Virus record (IMG/VR): IMGVR_UViG_3300032309_000931
Span: 29,876-93,875 of that record
Length of the DNA stretch: 64,000 nucleotides
From: a virus
Strand: one strand, 5' to 3'
Shown: one piece after another, positions 10,546 to 21,161 of the stretch
Position numbering within the stretch: position 1 is the stretch's first letter
Layout: each line of letters begins with the position of its first letter
Made by a program: the position numbers and the translations under genes
The notes under the pieces: model-generated
What the model was told of the DNA's origin: nothing
Databases searched by the model: none
What the model saw: the letters and a program-made list of their open reading frames with translations, nothing else

Positions 10546-10928
10546 TAGTCTTCAGCTCCGTATAGGTCTAGAGTTTTCTTTGCAGCAATGACTGCTCCAA
10601 GGTCATTCATATTTGGAATGAATCCCTGCTTCATACGGTCAATTTGTTCGGAGTGTGTCTCGTCTGAAATCTGTCGTGTATTTGGGTAGAAGATAGCCTG
10701 ACCCTCTGCTTCTCCATAATATGCAGCGGCATCCATAAGCTTCTTTACACGTTCGTGATCATTCTTGTATGCCTCGATAGAAAGAACGTTGTTGTCGCCA
10801 TCAGTAAATGGCTTGCCGTTTGCTTTTACCCAAATATATGTGCCGAAGTCTGAGTATTCTTCTTTGACCACTGTTAGTCTAGCTTTTCCAAGAGCTTCCT
10901 CAATTGGATCTATTTTTTCCTGTTCCAT
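10545..10928 (-). CDS. hypothetical protein upstream of portal
   Basis: ORF; TGGTATACT ends 7 nt upstream of ATG 10928 (leaderless). Confidence 0.6.
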   Translation of the reverse strand: MEQEKIDPIEEALGKARLTVVKEEYSDFGTYIWVKANGKPFTDGDNNVLSIEAYKNDHERVKKLMDAAAYYGEAEGQAIFYPNTRQISDETHSEQIDRMKQGFIPNMNDLGAVIAAKKTLDLYGAED

Positions 10929-10946
10929 AACCACCAGTATACCATA

Positions 10947-13900
10947 TTATAGCGGTGACACCTTAATTAGTGACGATCTAATACCAAGATATGTGCTATA
11001 GTCATCCTGAGCCATCTCTATAATATACTGATCTTCGTTTGCAACTATTCTACTATTTCCAACATATGCACCATAAATTGCATTAGCATCTAGTTTAATA
11101 TCAATACTTCCCTCGCCACTGATTAGCTGTTGTTCCCATCCACCAGCTGCATCTAAAACTTGTTGCCAAGTATTATTATCTGTATCTGACCAAAGATAAA
11201 AAGAGAAGTTGCTGTTTTCTGTTGATTCATCAATTTGATAATCTGAAATATTGTTTATTATAAATGGACCAGTAATGTCAATTCTATTTGTTGATGCCCC
11301 ACCAAAATCTAGTAAGCCATTAAAGAGTATTCCAATCATATTCCATTCACCATATCTGATTGTTGCGTCTTCTGTTCCATTAACAAAAAATTTAACAACT
11401 GGACTTCCCCCTGTACTTATGATTGTTCCGTTGCTTAATTTTGCTGTTAGTTCTGCATAGTTTGAATCTGTACGGTCTGCATAAACAGTAATGGTATCTT
11501 CATTATATTTAATTCTAAATAACTCTACGTCAGCGGCAAACGGTTTTTCGTACATAGCTGATACAGATAAAACGCTAACCTTATAGTAATCTTTTGCAGA
11601 TTCATTGATCGGAATTTCAATTCCTCTTGTACCGTCAAAAGTTGATCCTAGTAGCTTAACTCCACTTTGCTTAGTAAGATATAAATATGGAGTAGTTCCT
11701 TTATAGATTGAGTATGGATTTTTCTTAGAGTAGTCTCTTGTTCCAGAAGTAGTACCAAATGAATAAATATCTTTTCCAAACCTAGTTCCGATTGGTGTCT
11801 TTGTCGGTGAATAGTTTAGTGCTTGTGATGCAACCTGTAACATTTTTATTTTTACTGGATTTCTTATTATTCCAGGGACAAAAAATTCTATGTGAGTTAC
11901 TAGTCCTAAGTCATTATAATCTCCATATCCACCAGTTGGAAGATATACAATACTTCCATTTATAAACTCATATTTATTATTTAGCCACTCAGTCAACGGA
12001 TCAATAACATTGGTTGATTGAACTGATATGTTTGTTTTTGTTATTTGATTTGTGGATACAACAGAGGTTGCTATTTCTGAAAACTCTACATATGATCTAA
12101 CTGATGAATTAACAACATTGCTCATTTGCGGAACATCAATGTTAAGCTGAAGAAAATCTATAGAGTATGCAGTATTTCCAGACTGGTCGATAGATATATT
12201 TTTATCCATCTGACTTAAAGATATATAGTCTCGCCAGGTTCCATTAACGGCTATGTCTAAACTAAAAGTATTTAAGGTATTGATTCCAAAAAGAGTATAG
12301 CTTGCAATATGCGAATCAAACTCTGAGGTAGTTGCGGTATCGGCTACACCATCAACAAAGTTGTTGCTAATCTTGTTGAGATTGTTTTGATTACAGAATC
12401 CAAACTTGTAAATGTTACCGCTAAAAAGTTTTGGGCTGTCTTCACTGATTGCAGTGCCGCCATTGAATGAAGGTGGTCCACCAAGAAAAACCTTTAACTC
12501 TGATGCGTTATTGAAGAATTTTGACATTTGCCCATTTTCTTCTTCTGTAACGATTGCATCTATATCGATGCCAACAGTAAACTTATTGTTTATTGTAACC
12601 ACGTTAGCAGATACTTTTTCATATGTTGTTATTGCTGGTGAGACAAATCTATATGTAATATCGTTATTATCTAACACTACCTCAAAGTATTCATTTGAAG
12701 AATTAGATATTCTAAAAAGAAGTTCTTCTGATGTTGGAAGAGAGGAAACGGAGAATACTCCATATACTGATTTTACTGGGTCTTGTAATAAGTTAAACTT
12801 ATCGAAATATAAATACCCAGCATAATTAAATGTTGTGTTTGCAACGTTATCTGGAACTATTTTAAAGAAAACATCATTATCTATTAATTCGCCATTAGAT
12901 AGATTAATAGAATTTGATTGACCAGAAAGATTTCTTTGAAGATCATTCCAGTCAGAAACTGTGCGATAATTATCTTCTAGTATAAGTTGTGGCAATTGAT
13001 AGTTTGGTGCAGAAAGAACATTGTTGTCTGTTGAAATATTATCTATAACCCCATTTCTCCATCTACCAGTTCCAGGATAAGTGTAGTTATTTGCATACTT
13101 TGACATTTGATAATCTATAATAACTGGTACGTCAAAATATGAAGAGTTTTTTATTTCTGGCGACTCTACCGATTGCCCTTTTACAAAATGAAGCTTAGCT
13201 TTCTCTATTGGTATTTGATATGGGTAAATAGAAACACAGTCAATCTGGAATGGAACAATATCTGAATATGCATAAAATCCAATCCAGTCTTGATCTTCTG
13301 ATGCAGCATTTAATTTTGTAGGAAACTCAATAGTTCGGTAATCATAGTTAATAGATATTACGGATTCTCCGTTTAAAATTACACCTGCAGAAGTTCCTGT
13401 ATAGTATATGTGAACAAGCATTGGTCTGCCCCACTCACCCACATAGTGAGAGCAAATGTTTTCTCCAATCTTTAAAGATAGAAATCCACCGCTCACATAT
13501 AGCCCATTGTCTCCAGTTATTGGACCAATAATTCTTCTTGGGGTTTGTGTTGAAGGAGAAACTCTAATCCAAGCTTCAAGTGTTAGTCTTTTATTTTTGC
13601 CATTTTCATTTAAAAATCCAAATCCAGGAATTATTAATGATGGGTCTGGAATGTTTGCAAGACTTTGGCTATAATTTTCAGTTCCTGACCACACAAAATC
13701 TATAATGCCTATATCAGTTGAAGAACCGTCAAAGTATGTCCCTGGTGAGCTTGCTCTTTCAAACAAGACAGCATCTACATAATGATTATTATCTGTGGTT
13801 CCAGAAGATGTTTTTTCTATTATTATTCTTACATACTCAGCATTGTTTGGCAAAGTAGATGTTACGGAAATTCTTCTCCAGGCTGTTCTGGATGAAGTAA

Positions 13901-14510
13901 CAGTTGTTCCAGAGCTTGTCCCAACTGTTGTAATGCCATTACTGCCAATCCACGTAATGTTAGCCCTAAAATCTTCCGCTGCCTGATCTGATCTAACGTA
14001 TGCACTAAAAGTATAGTCTTCTGTGTCACCAGATGTGAGTGTGATCAGTTCAGATCGAACATTCCAGCTAGTGGTTGACTGAGTAACCTTTAGAGAATGT
14101 GTTCCAGAATAAGATTGATCTGTTGACAAAACATTTGATAAGGCACCATTTACTGTCCAGCCAGTAACATTAGCCTCAAATGATGGATTTCTCTGTATGT
14201 TTGTTGCTATAGTAATTGTGTTTGGATCAATGCTTGTTACGTTTGTTGCTCCGTATACCATCGGAATACCAGAAGATCTTGCCTTTAGTGTTGATGTTGT
14301 TGCAGATGTTCCCAAGTAATACCCTTGGTTTTTTTCAGATCCATAAGCTAATGCAGGTACTCCATAACTACTGTATGCAACATTTGATGATCCATTAAGT
14401 GCAATGTTTGAGGGAATTGCAGAAAGAGATCCTACTGCAAGATCATCATCTAATGCCCATAGTGCTGTTGGGTTTTCTGCAAAGATTGCATCTGCATATA
14501 AATTAGTCAT
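10947..14510 (-). CDS. large minor tail protein with CBM-like and LamG-like modules
   Basis: start reassigned to MTNLYADA (AGGAGA RBS); NIQRNPSFE..W CBM4-like module, TLEAWIR LamG-like segment. Confidence 0.6.
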   Translation of the reverse strand: MTNLYADAIFAENPTALWALDDDLAVGSLSAIPSNIALNGSSNVAYSSYGVPALAYGSEKNQGYYLGTSATTSTLKARSSGIPMVYGATNVTSIDPNTITIATNIQRNPSFEANVTGWTVNGALSNVLSTDQSYSGTHSLKVTQSTTSWNVRSELITLTSGDTEDYTFSAYVRSDQAAEDFRANITWIGSNGITTVGTSSGTTVTSSRTAWRRISVTSTLPNNAEYVRIIIEKTSSGTTDNNHYVDAVLFERASSPGTYFDGSSTDIGIIDFVWSGTENYSQSLANIPDPSLIIPGFGFLNENGKNKRLTLEAWIRVSPSTQTPRRIIGPITGDNGLYVSGGFLSLKIGENICSHYVGEWGRPMLVHIYYTGTSAGVILNGESVISINYDYRTIEFPTKLNAASEDQDWIGFYAYSDIVPFQIDCVSIYPYQIPIEKAKLHFVKGQSVESPEIKNSSYFDVPVIIDYQMSKYANNYTYPGTGRWRNGVIDNISTDNNVLSAPNYQLPQLILEDNYRTVSDWNDLQRNLSGQSNSINLSNGELIDNDVFFKIVPDNVANTTFNYAGYLYFDKFNLLQDPVKSVYGVFSVSSLPTSEELLFRISNSSNEYFEVVLDNNDITYRFVSPAITTYEKVSANVVTINNKFTVGIDIDAIVTEEENGQMSKFFNNASELKVFLGGPPSFNGGTAISEDSPKLFSGNIYKFGFCNQNNLNKISNNFVDGVADTATTSEFDSHIASYTLFGINTLNTFSLDIAVNGTWRDYISLSQMDKNISIDQSGNTAYSIDFLQLNIDVPQMSNVVNSSVRSYVEFSEIATSVVSTNQITKTNISVQSTNVIDPLTEWLNNKYEFINGSIVYLPTGGYGDYNDLGLVTHIEFFVPGIIRNPVKIKMLQVASQALNYSPTKTPIGTRFGKDIYSFGTTSGTRDYSKKNPYSIYKGTTPYLYLTKQSGVKLLGSTFDGTRGIEIPINESAKDYYKVSVLSVSAMYEKPFAADVELFRIKYNEDTITVYADRTDSNYAELTAKLSNGTIISTGGSPVVKFFVNGTEDATIRYGEWNMIGILFNGLLDFGGASTNRIDITGPFIINNISDYQIDESTENSNFSFYLWSDTDNNTWQQVLDAAGGWEQQLISGEGSIDIKLDANAIYGAYVGNSRIVANEDQYIIEMAQDDYSTYLGIRSSLIKVSPL

Positions 14511-14584
14511 TTTTCTCCTAATTAAGTTTACCACAATACGTGTTTCGTGGTATACTATTAATACAATTAACAGATGGAGAGACA

Positions 14585-15358
14585 ATGCATTTACACATTG
14601 CTACCCCTATGTATGGGGGAAACTGTAAAGGCGTTTACGTTGACGGTCTAATGGCTCTAACCTTTGAGCTTGCACGAAAGGGATATCAAGTATCCTTTTC
14701 CAAGATCTACAACGAAAGCCTTATCACTCGTGCTCGTAACAACCTTGTTTATGAGTTCGAAAAGTCTGGTGCCGACGCACTACTATTCATTGATGCCGAT
14801 GAAGGCTTTAATCATATGGATGTTATCAAGATGATTGAGTCCGACAAAGAAGTTATCGGTGCTATCTACCCAATGAAGAATATCAACTGGGAACAAGTTC
14901 GACAGGCTGCTCTTGAAGGTAAAGAGAATCTTTCTGATTACTCTGGATTCTTTGCTATGAATATGCTACCTGGCGAAAATACGTTTAAGCTTGGTGACCC
15001 AGTTCCTGTAACTGAGGTTGGCACTGGAATGCTTTTCATTAACAAAGAAGTGTTTGAGCTAATGAAGCCACACTGCCCACAGTATATGTTAAATACGTCT
15101 ACTGGAGCATTTAATCCAGATGCAATGGTTACTGAATACTTTGCTACTAGTATTACTGATACTGGGGTATTGTTATCAGAGGATTACCACTTCTGCCGTA
15201 AGTACCGTGAACTTGGAGGTACTGTATATGCAGCTCCTTGGGTAGACATTGTACACGCAGGAGAATATATCTTTAATGGTAAGTTTGCTCACCAGATTAT
15301 GCTTACCGCAGAAAAGGTAGAAGAAGATCCACCAAAGCATAAAACTAAAAAGAAGTAA
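14585..15358 (+). CDS. glycosyltransferase family 2-like protein
   Basis: IATPMYGG, ESLITRARN, LLFIDAD (DxD), GTGMLFI, LSEDYHFC; GGAGA RBS. Confidence 0.75.
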   Translation: MHLHIATPMYGGNCKGVYVDGLMALTFELARKGYQVSFSKIYNESLITRARNNLVYEFEKSGADALLFIDADEGFNHMDVIKMIESDKEVIGAIYPMKNINWEQVRQAALEGKENLSDYSGFFAMNMLPGENTFKLGDPVPVTEVGTGMLFINKEVFELMKPHCPQYMLNTSTGAFNPDAMVTEYFATSITDTGVLLSEDYHFCRKYRELGGTVYAAPWVDIVHAGEYIFNGKFAHQIMLTAEKVEEDPPKHKTKKK

Positions 15359-15361
15359 AAG

Positions 15362-15392
15362 AGAAGCCAGGATTAATTTCCTGGCTTTTTCT
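15362..15392. terminator. bidirectional terminator between convergent genes
   Basis: AGAAGCCAGGA-TTAATT-TCCTGGCTTTT hairpin with A/T-rich flanks. Confidence 0.7.
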
Positions 15393-15584
15393 TTATTCTT
15401 CTATAATGTCTGGCTCTTCTGGTGGGGTAAAAGTATTTCCATTCCAATACCATCCAATGCCAAAGTCTAAGTCTTCTGCAACTGGAACTAGTGTACAGAA
15501 CAAATCTTGTTCAGACTTTTCCTTATCATCTGTAACAATTATGTTTACTACTTGACTGCCCTTAATCATAATGTATTTATTCAT
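15393..15584 (-). CDS. small tail-fibre-associated protein
   Basis: VVNIIV..., GIGW.W.G..F..P pattern seen after Gly-rich fibre genes; AGGAGA RBS. Confidence 0.55.
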   Translation of the reverse strand: MNKYIMIKGSQVVNIIVTDDKEKSEQDLFCTLVPVAEDLDFGIGWYWNGNTFTPPEEPDIIEE

Positions 15585-15592
15585 AGTTTCTC

Positions 15593-16498
15593 CTAATAGT
15601 ATAAAAGTATAGCCCCACTACCACCAGAGCCTCCAGTTCCAGAAGTTCCACCTCCGCCACCTCCACCGCCCAAGCCGCCGTCACCGCCAGCCCCTGCAGT
15701 TGCGTTTGAGCCAGGTGCAAGATATCCAGCACCGCCACCGCCTCTAGAAGTTCCATTTACAACTGCTGTATATGCATTTCCTCCAGCACCACCATAGCCA
15801 GCCCCTCCATTTCCACCATAAGCAGTTCCAGTAGAGGTTGTTCTTCCAGCTCCACCGCCACCTCCAACAAATCCATTACCGCCAGTACCACCAGTAACAG
15901 TTCCTGAAGATTTTGTATTAGGAGCACCACCACCACCGCCACTAAATCCATTACCACCAGAGCCTCCAACAGTATTAGTAGCAGTAATGTTTGATGTGTA
16001 TCCACCACCAGTACCAGCCCACGAAGAGAAACCGTTAATGGCGTTTTCTGTGGCTACAACACCTGGACCACTAAGTGAGAATCCTGCTCCAAATATGTTT
16101 TTTGTAACTGCGGTAGGATTAGCAGACGTACCTGCACCACTGGTTCCAGCTGCAAAAAAACTTGTTGATGCGTAAGTACCGCCTCCAGCAATTAAATGAC
16201 CATAGCTTGATTGTCCACCGACTGCGGCACCGCTGAATGCTCCAGTGCCTCCAGCACCAACTATACAAGTGTTTGCTGCAAATGTCCATCCCCAGATAAT
16301 TCCGCCAGCACCTCCGCCACCACCATTACCAGATCCAGCACTAATTCCTCCACCAGCACCACCACCAATTACTATTGCAAAAACAAGATCAACTCCGTTC
16401 GGTATTGTTACGGATGTTCCAGAAGTAATTGTTTGACGAAGAACAAGACCTTCAGGCACTATGCTGTTGTCAAAACTTTTTGATATGTTAATTGTCAT
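15593..16498 (-). CDS. glycine-rich tail fibre-like protein
   Basis: VIGGGAGGG...GGSGAILLYY Gly-rich domain. Confidence 0.65.
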   Translation of the reverse strand: MTINISKSFDNSIVPEGLVLRQTITSGTSVTIPNGVDLVFAIVIGGGAGGGISAGSGNGGGGGAGGIIWGWTFAANTCIVGAGGTGAFSGAAVGGQSSYGHLIAGGGTYASTSFFAAGTSGAGTSANPTAVTKNIFGAGFSLSGPGVVATENAINGFSSWAGTGGGYTSNITATNTVGGSGGNGFSGGGGGAPNTKSSGTVTGGTGGNGFVGGGGGAGRTTSTGTAYGGNGGAGYGGAGGNAYTAVVNGTSRGGGGAGYLAPGSNATAGAGGDGGLGGGGGGGGTSGTGGSGGSGAILLYY

Positions 16499-16506
16499 AT
16501 TTTATC

Positions 16507-17466
16507 CTAATAGTATATATATAATATACCATTTCCTCCGTTGCCGCCTGTCCCACCAGTTGTTCCATTCGTACCAGCTCCACCACCACCACCGCCACCT
16601 TCTCCGCCTGTACCACCGTTAAGACCAGAGGCATCTCCTCCAACTGCATAAAAACCAGCTCCTCCACCTCCACCGCCATTGGTATTTGATCCAGTAGTTC
16701 CTGCTCCTCCAGCACCACTGTAACCAGAACCACCAGTTCCACCTACACGAGTACTCCCTGCAACGTTTGTTTGTGCTCCACCAGCTCCTCCACCAATAAG
16801 ACCGCTGCCTCCGTTGCCGCCAGTAGCTGTAGTTCCAGCGGTTGTTAGAGGGATATTAGATCCCCCACCTCCACCAGAGATATATCCTCCACCAGCACCA
16901 CCAGCTCCTGTTACTGTAGCACTAGATTTTGAGCCACCACCACCGCCGTTGACAGCATTTCCACCAGCGTTTCCACCTGACCCTCCACTACTCCCAGCAC
17001 CTCCAGCTGGATAACCACTTTCTGAAATACTACCTGCTGATGCACTTAAATTTATACTAATAAATGCACCACCACCGCCGCCGCCACCAATAGTTCCATA
17101 TGTAGTATTGCTTGCATTTGCAATACCACTTGCTCCAGTAGATCCACCAGGAGCAAGTAATCCTCCGTAAAGAGTTGTTTGACCAACTGTTGCGTTTGTA
17201 CTAGCAGACCCACCACTACCACCCAGTCCAATAAAGCATACAGTGTCTGAATTAGCCCAACCAGCACTAAATGCTCCTGCTCCTCCGCCGCCAAGAGCTC
17301 CTCCGCCTCCAGCACCAACCAGCACAGCCCAAACTGTTTTTATATTTTCTGGAATAGCAACAGTACCAACACCATTTGTTGTGTTTGCATAGCGAATAGT
17401 ATGCCTTAATTTAAATCCATAAGGAGTTCCTGGAATAGACTGTGGAGGATAAGAACTAGTTGACAC
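16507..17466 (-). CDS. glycine-rich tail fibre-like protein (paralog)
   Basis: LVGAGGGG...GGNGILYIYY; same architecture as neighbour. Confidence 0.65.
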   Translation of the reverse strand: MSTSSYPPQSIPGTPYGFKLRHTIRYANTTNGVGTVAIPENIKTVWAVLVGAGGGGALGGGGAGAFSAGWANSDTVCFIGLGGSGGSASTNATVGQTTLYGGLLAPGGSTGASGIANASNTTYGTIGGGGGGGAFISINLSASAGSISESGYPAGGAGSSGGSGGNAGGNAVNGGGGGSKSSATVTGAGGAGGGYISGGGGGSNIPLTTAGTTATGGNGGSGLIGGGAGGAQTNVAGSTRVGGTGGSGYSGAGGAGTTGSNTNGGGGGGAGFYAVGGDASGLNGGTGGEGGGGGGGAGTNGTTGGTGGNGGNGILYIYY

Positions 17467-17798
17467 TATGAAATCTCACTTCCAAAAGCGGTAAATGTTA
17501 GATAGTTAGCTACGTTTGTACGGACTGTTAATACATCTGCTGCAGCTAGTGTAATACCAAGTGTAAAGGTTACTGTTGAGTTACCTGCAATTGGTGTGTC
17601 ATAAATAATTGCATTAGAGGTTGCTGCTGCTGCCCCAGCAATTCGTGCAAAAACACGAGCTGAAGCTGTATTAGCATTTGTATTTGTAATTACGAGTGTT
17701 GAAACAATTTCTGATTGTCCAGCACTAACAGTAATAAGATCAGCGTTTGATGTATTACTAGGTGCTGATTGACCTAAAATTTTATATGCGATTGCCAT
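17466..17798 (-). CDS. small virion protein
   Basis: YKILGQSAP...FTAFGSEIS; AGGAGG RBS. Confidence 0.55.
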   Translation of the reverse strand: MAIAYKILGQSAPSNTSNADLITVSAGQSEIVSTLVITNTNANTASARVFARIAGAAAATSNAIIYDTPIAGNSTVTFTLGITLAAADVLTVRTNVANYLTFTAFGSEIS

Positions 17799-17823
17799 AA
17801 TTCCTCCTTATCTAAGTATATCA

Positions 17824-20800
17824 TTATCCACCCATCAAAAGGAAGGGGGAGATTGGTTCTACGTATGCACCCTTAATTTTAACATCTCCAGTAAAATTAT
17901 TAGCACCTGAAAGATAGGATACCCCGATTGAACCTATAGCACCAGATGTAGATGCATTGGCTGTGCCTGTCCACGCATAATCGATACCGTTGGCATCTGG
18001 TGTATTTCCATCAAAGAATGTTCCAGTGTAAGTAGAGGTTAGTTCAAGAATTAGCGAGTCAACAAACAGCGTTACATTATCTCCAGAAACGCTCATTTGA
18101 AAAGTAGTATTACCAGCAGCAGTTGTTGCTGGTGCTTCAATAAACTGCCAAGAAGTAGTTGCGGTAAAATAAACTGTTCTGTTTGCACCATTTCCAAAAT
18201 AAAAATCTACTGTTATGGGTGCAGTTCCAGACTCAATTCTGACCCAAACACCAGCACGATAACTAGTTCCAATTACAACTGCATTTGCTTGGGTATACTG
18301 CATAAGAACGTATGGGTCTTCGCCGTTAGTCATTGCACGTACAGAATAAGTGCCAGATTGAGGATTTTCTGTGACTCTATCTGTACCACTGTACCCCGAA
18401 GCCCAGCCAGCCACATTTGTTTCAAGATTAGGGTTTGTGATAAGATTGGTGCGAGTAAATGGAGTAAGGAAAGACTGGGCATTAACATTGCCGCTCATAC
18501 TTATATTAGTACCAGCAACATTGCCAGTAAATGTAGCACCTGAAAGATTGGCTACCCCAGCTTCTTCAGCTGTTTGATTAATCCAAAGACTAGATGCAGA
18601 GTTATAAGCTAAAAGTTCGTTGTCTGCTGGCGTACCGTCAATCGCTACGTCGTGTAACCACTCAAGGTGGTGATTTCCTGGAATAATACGTACAGCAATC
18701 TGTCCAGTTGATGCGTGTCTAATAGTAATAAATGCAACTGCAAGGTCGTGCTGTGGACGAACCTTAGTTAGTTTTCCTGCAACGGTGGGGTGTGCATAAA
18801 GAATATCCCCCTCTGCCCAAGTTTCGTCACCAACAGCGATAGCACTGGCAGTATCTCCTCTTGTGTCTATTCCAACAAGAGTTCCAAAACTAATAACTTC
18901 ACCATTTACACCATTAGAAATGTTTGCTGTTGCCATTCCCATTACACGAAGTTCAGAGTCTTGTGTTCCAGTAGTTGAATGTGGTGCTACGTCAATGCGA
19001 CCACTTGGTTCCGCACCTGAAGCTGATACTAGTGTTCCCTTGGAAATTGTTGAGCCAGTGTTGTTACGAACTAAGTAATAAATTTTTTCAGCATAATCAA
19101 CTGAGAATGTTACTGTGTCTGATGTTGCATTGCCAACAATTGACATTCCACTACCAGGAGTAATTGTGAGGGTATCTGTAGAAGAGTCGGCAACTACTGA
19201 AGTACCGTTTGCAGAAATGGTTTCAAATGAATTTCCACTACTACCAGCAATAGTAATGTTACCACCAAGGGCAACAGCATTTCCATTAATAGTAATAGAG
19301 TTGTTTACTAATGAAGAGTTTGGAATTGATGTAAGACTTGCACCGCTACCGCTAAAAGTTGTAGCACTAACCACGTTTGCAGCAAAACTACCATTTGCAT
19401 CACGAGCAACGATAGTTGAAGCACCGTTAGCAGAGTTTGCTGATGTACGTGCATTTGCAATAGTTCCAGTTGTGATTGTAGAGGCGTTAGTGTTTCCGAT
19501 CAGGGTAGTTGCATTTACTGTTACTGCATTAACATTGCCACTCATACTTATGTTAGTACCAGCAATATTTCCAGTAAAAGTACCACCTGCAAGTGTTGCC
19601 AATCCTACTGCTGACCCTGTAGCGGTTGATGTTGAAGCATTGGCTGTGCCAGTCCAAGCATAATCTACAATGCTAGTATCTGGAGTATTACCGTCAAAGA
19701 ATGTGCCATTATATGTTGAAGATAGTTCTACAATTGCTGAGTCAGCAAAAAGTGTTCCGCTAAAACCTGCATAAGTATTTGGTGGAGTTACCCTTAATTG
19801 TAAGTTACCATTAGAGGTGGCGGTCACAGGACCTACTTGAACAAACTGCCACGAAGTAGTTGCAGTAAAATTAGTAAATGATGATGAAGCTCCTGCTTCA
19901 AGAGTAAGTCGCATACCAAAAGTTCCAGAAGCAATTCTTACCCAGATACCAGCACGGTAACTTGTTCCAACTGTTAAAGCATTTGCTCTAGTATAGATGG
20001 GACCAAGGTCACCATCTTCGTCTGGTGTTGCTGCTAGACACCAAGAGCCAGTTTGTGGCGTTGTGCTGACCCGACTAACAGAACCGTAAAAAGCTGTCCA
20101 ATCAGTTGCGTTTGTTTCAAAATTAGGATTTGCAACAAGGTTAGTGCGAGTAAAAGCTGCAGTGCTAAAAGACTGGGCAGAAACAGAGGTCGCAGAAACA
20201 GATGGGGCAGTAATAAGATTAGCAGTAACATTACCAGTAACATTTACAGATGTTCCAATTGCTGCCCCAATATTTGGGGTAGTTAAAACTGGACTTGTAG
20301 AAAATACTAATGTGCCAGTACCAGACTCGTCTGTAACAGCATTTAAAAGATTTGTGCTTGAAGGACTAGCAAGGAATGTTGAAACATTAAATCCAAGACC
20401 AGTTACATTTGCAAGTGCCACGTTTCCATTAAAGTTAGGTGCAGTAACATTACCAGCAAAAGTAGCACCAGAAAGATTTGCCACACTAACTGTGCCTGTG
20501 CCTGTGGTAGTTGATGTAGATGCATTTGCTGTACCAGTCCACGCAGCACCTGGGGTATTGCCATCAAAGAAGCCTTCGTAACTTGATGTTGTTTCAACTA
20601 TTACAGAGTCAACAAAAGTTACTGCATAGTCTGAACCGCTTGCTGGTCTAAGTGTAATGTAGCAAACGCCAGACCCTCCAGCAACAACAGTTGATGTAAT
20701 TTGTGTCCAACTTGTTCCAACAGAAACAATACTTTCTGATGTAGTAGAGCCTCCATAAAAACTAAAGCTAATATTCTTTGTTCCAGAATCAATTCTCACC

Positions 20801-21108
20801 CACAAAGAAACGGTATATGAAACACCTGAAATTAAAGTTCCAGCACCTGCGGTGTATCCTAAAAATGTTGGATAGTCAGCCTGAGCACACCACGTGCCAT
20901 TTTTAGGATTTGTACTTGTTCTTACCAGGGTTGACTCATCGTCAACGCCCCAGCCAGTTAGGTTTGTTTCAAAGTTAGGATTTATAACAAGATTAGTACG
21001 AGGAGATGGAACGTTAAAAGACTGGGCAGAAACAGCACCATCAAAAGTACCGTTTCCTCCAACCTCTAAGCCATTTTTGACCTTAAAGTTTTTATTAGTA
21101 GTTGCCAA
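17824..21108 (-). CDS. long tail fibre / receptor-binding protein with three CBM-like repeats
   Basis: three RTNL..NPN.ETN...FFDGNTP...AWTGTANASTS modules; Thr/Ser/Asn-rich shaft. Confidence 0.7.
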   Translation of the reverse strand: MATTNKNFKVKNGLEVGGNGTFDGAVSAQSFNVPSPRTNLVINPNFETNLTGWGVDDESTLVRTSTNPKNGTWCAQADYPTFLGYTAGAGTLISGVSYTVSLWVRIDSGTKNISFSFYGGSTTSESIVSVGTSWTQITSTVVAGGSGVCYITLRPASGSDYAVTFVDSVIVETTSSYEGFFDGNTPGAAWTGTANASTSTTTGTGTVSVANLSGATFAGNVTAPNFNGNVALANVTGLGFNVSTFLASPSSTNLLNAVTDESGTGTLVFSTSPVLTTPNIGAAIGTSVNVTGNVTANLITAPSVSATSVSAQSFSTAAFTRTNLVANPNFETNATDWTAFYGSVSRVSTTPQTGSWCLAATPDEDGDLGPIYTRANALTVGTSYRAGIWVRIASGTFGMRLTLEAGASSSFTNFTATTSWQFVQVGPVTATSNGNLQLRVTPPNTYAGFSGTLFADSAIVELSSTYNGTFFDGNTPDTSIVDYAWTGTANASTSTATGSAVGLATLAGGTFTGNIAGTNISMSGNVNAVTVNATTLIGNTNASTITTGTIANARTSANSANGASTIVARDANGSFAANVVSATTFSGSGASLTSIPNSSLVNNSITINGNAVALGGNITIAGSSGNSFETISANGTSVVADSSTDTLTITPGSGMSIVGNATSDTVTFSVDYAEKIYYLVRNNTGSTISKGTLVSASGAEPSGRIDVAPHSTTGTQDSELRVMGMATANISNGVNGEVISFGTLVGIDTRGDTASAIAVGDETWAEGDILYAHPTVAGKLTKVRPQHDLAVAFITIRHASTGQIAVRIIPGNHHLEWLHDVAIDGTPADNELLAYNSASSLWINQTAEEAGVANLSGATFTGNVAGTNISMSGNVNAQSFLTPFTRTNLITNPNLETNVAGWASGYSGTDRVTENPQSGTYSVRAMTNGEDPYVLMQYTQANAVVIGTSYRAGVWVRIESGTAPITVDFYFGNGANRTVYFTATTSWQFIEAPATTAAGNTTFQMSVSGDNVTLFVDSLILELTSTYTGTFFDGNTPDANGIDYAWTGTANASTSGAIGSIGVSYLSGANNFTGDVKIKGAYVEPISPFLLMGG

Positions 21109-21161
21109 GTATCATCACCTTAGTAAATTATACCAGATAATGATACTCGACAACTAACTAA

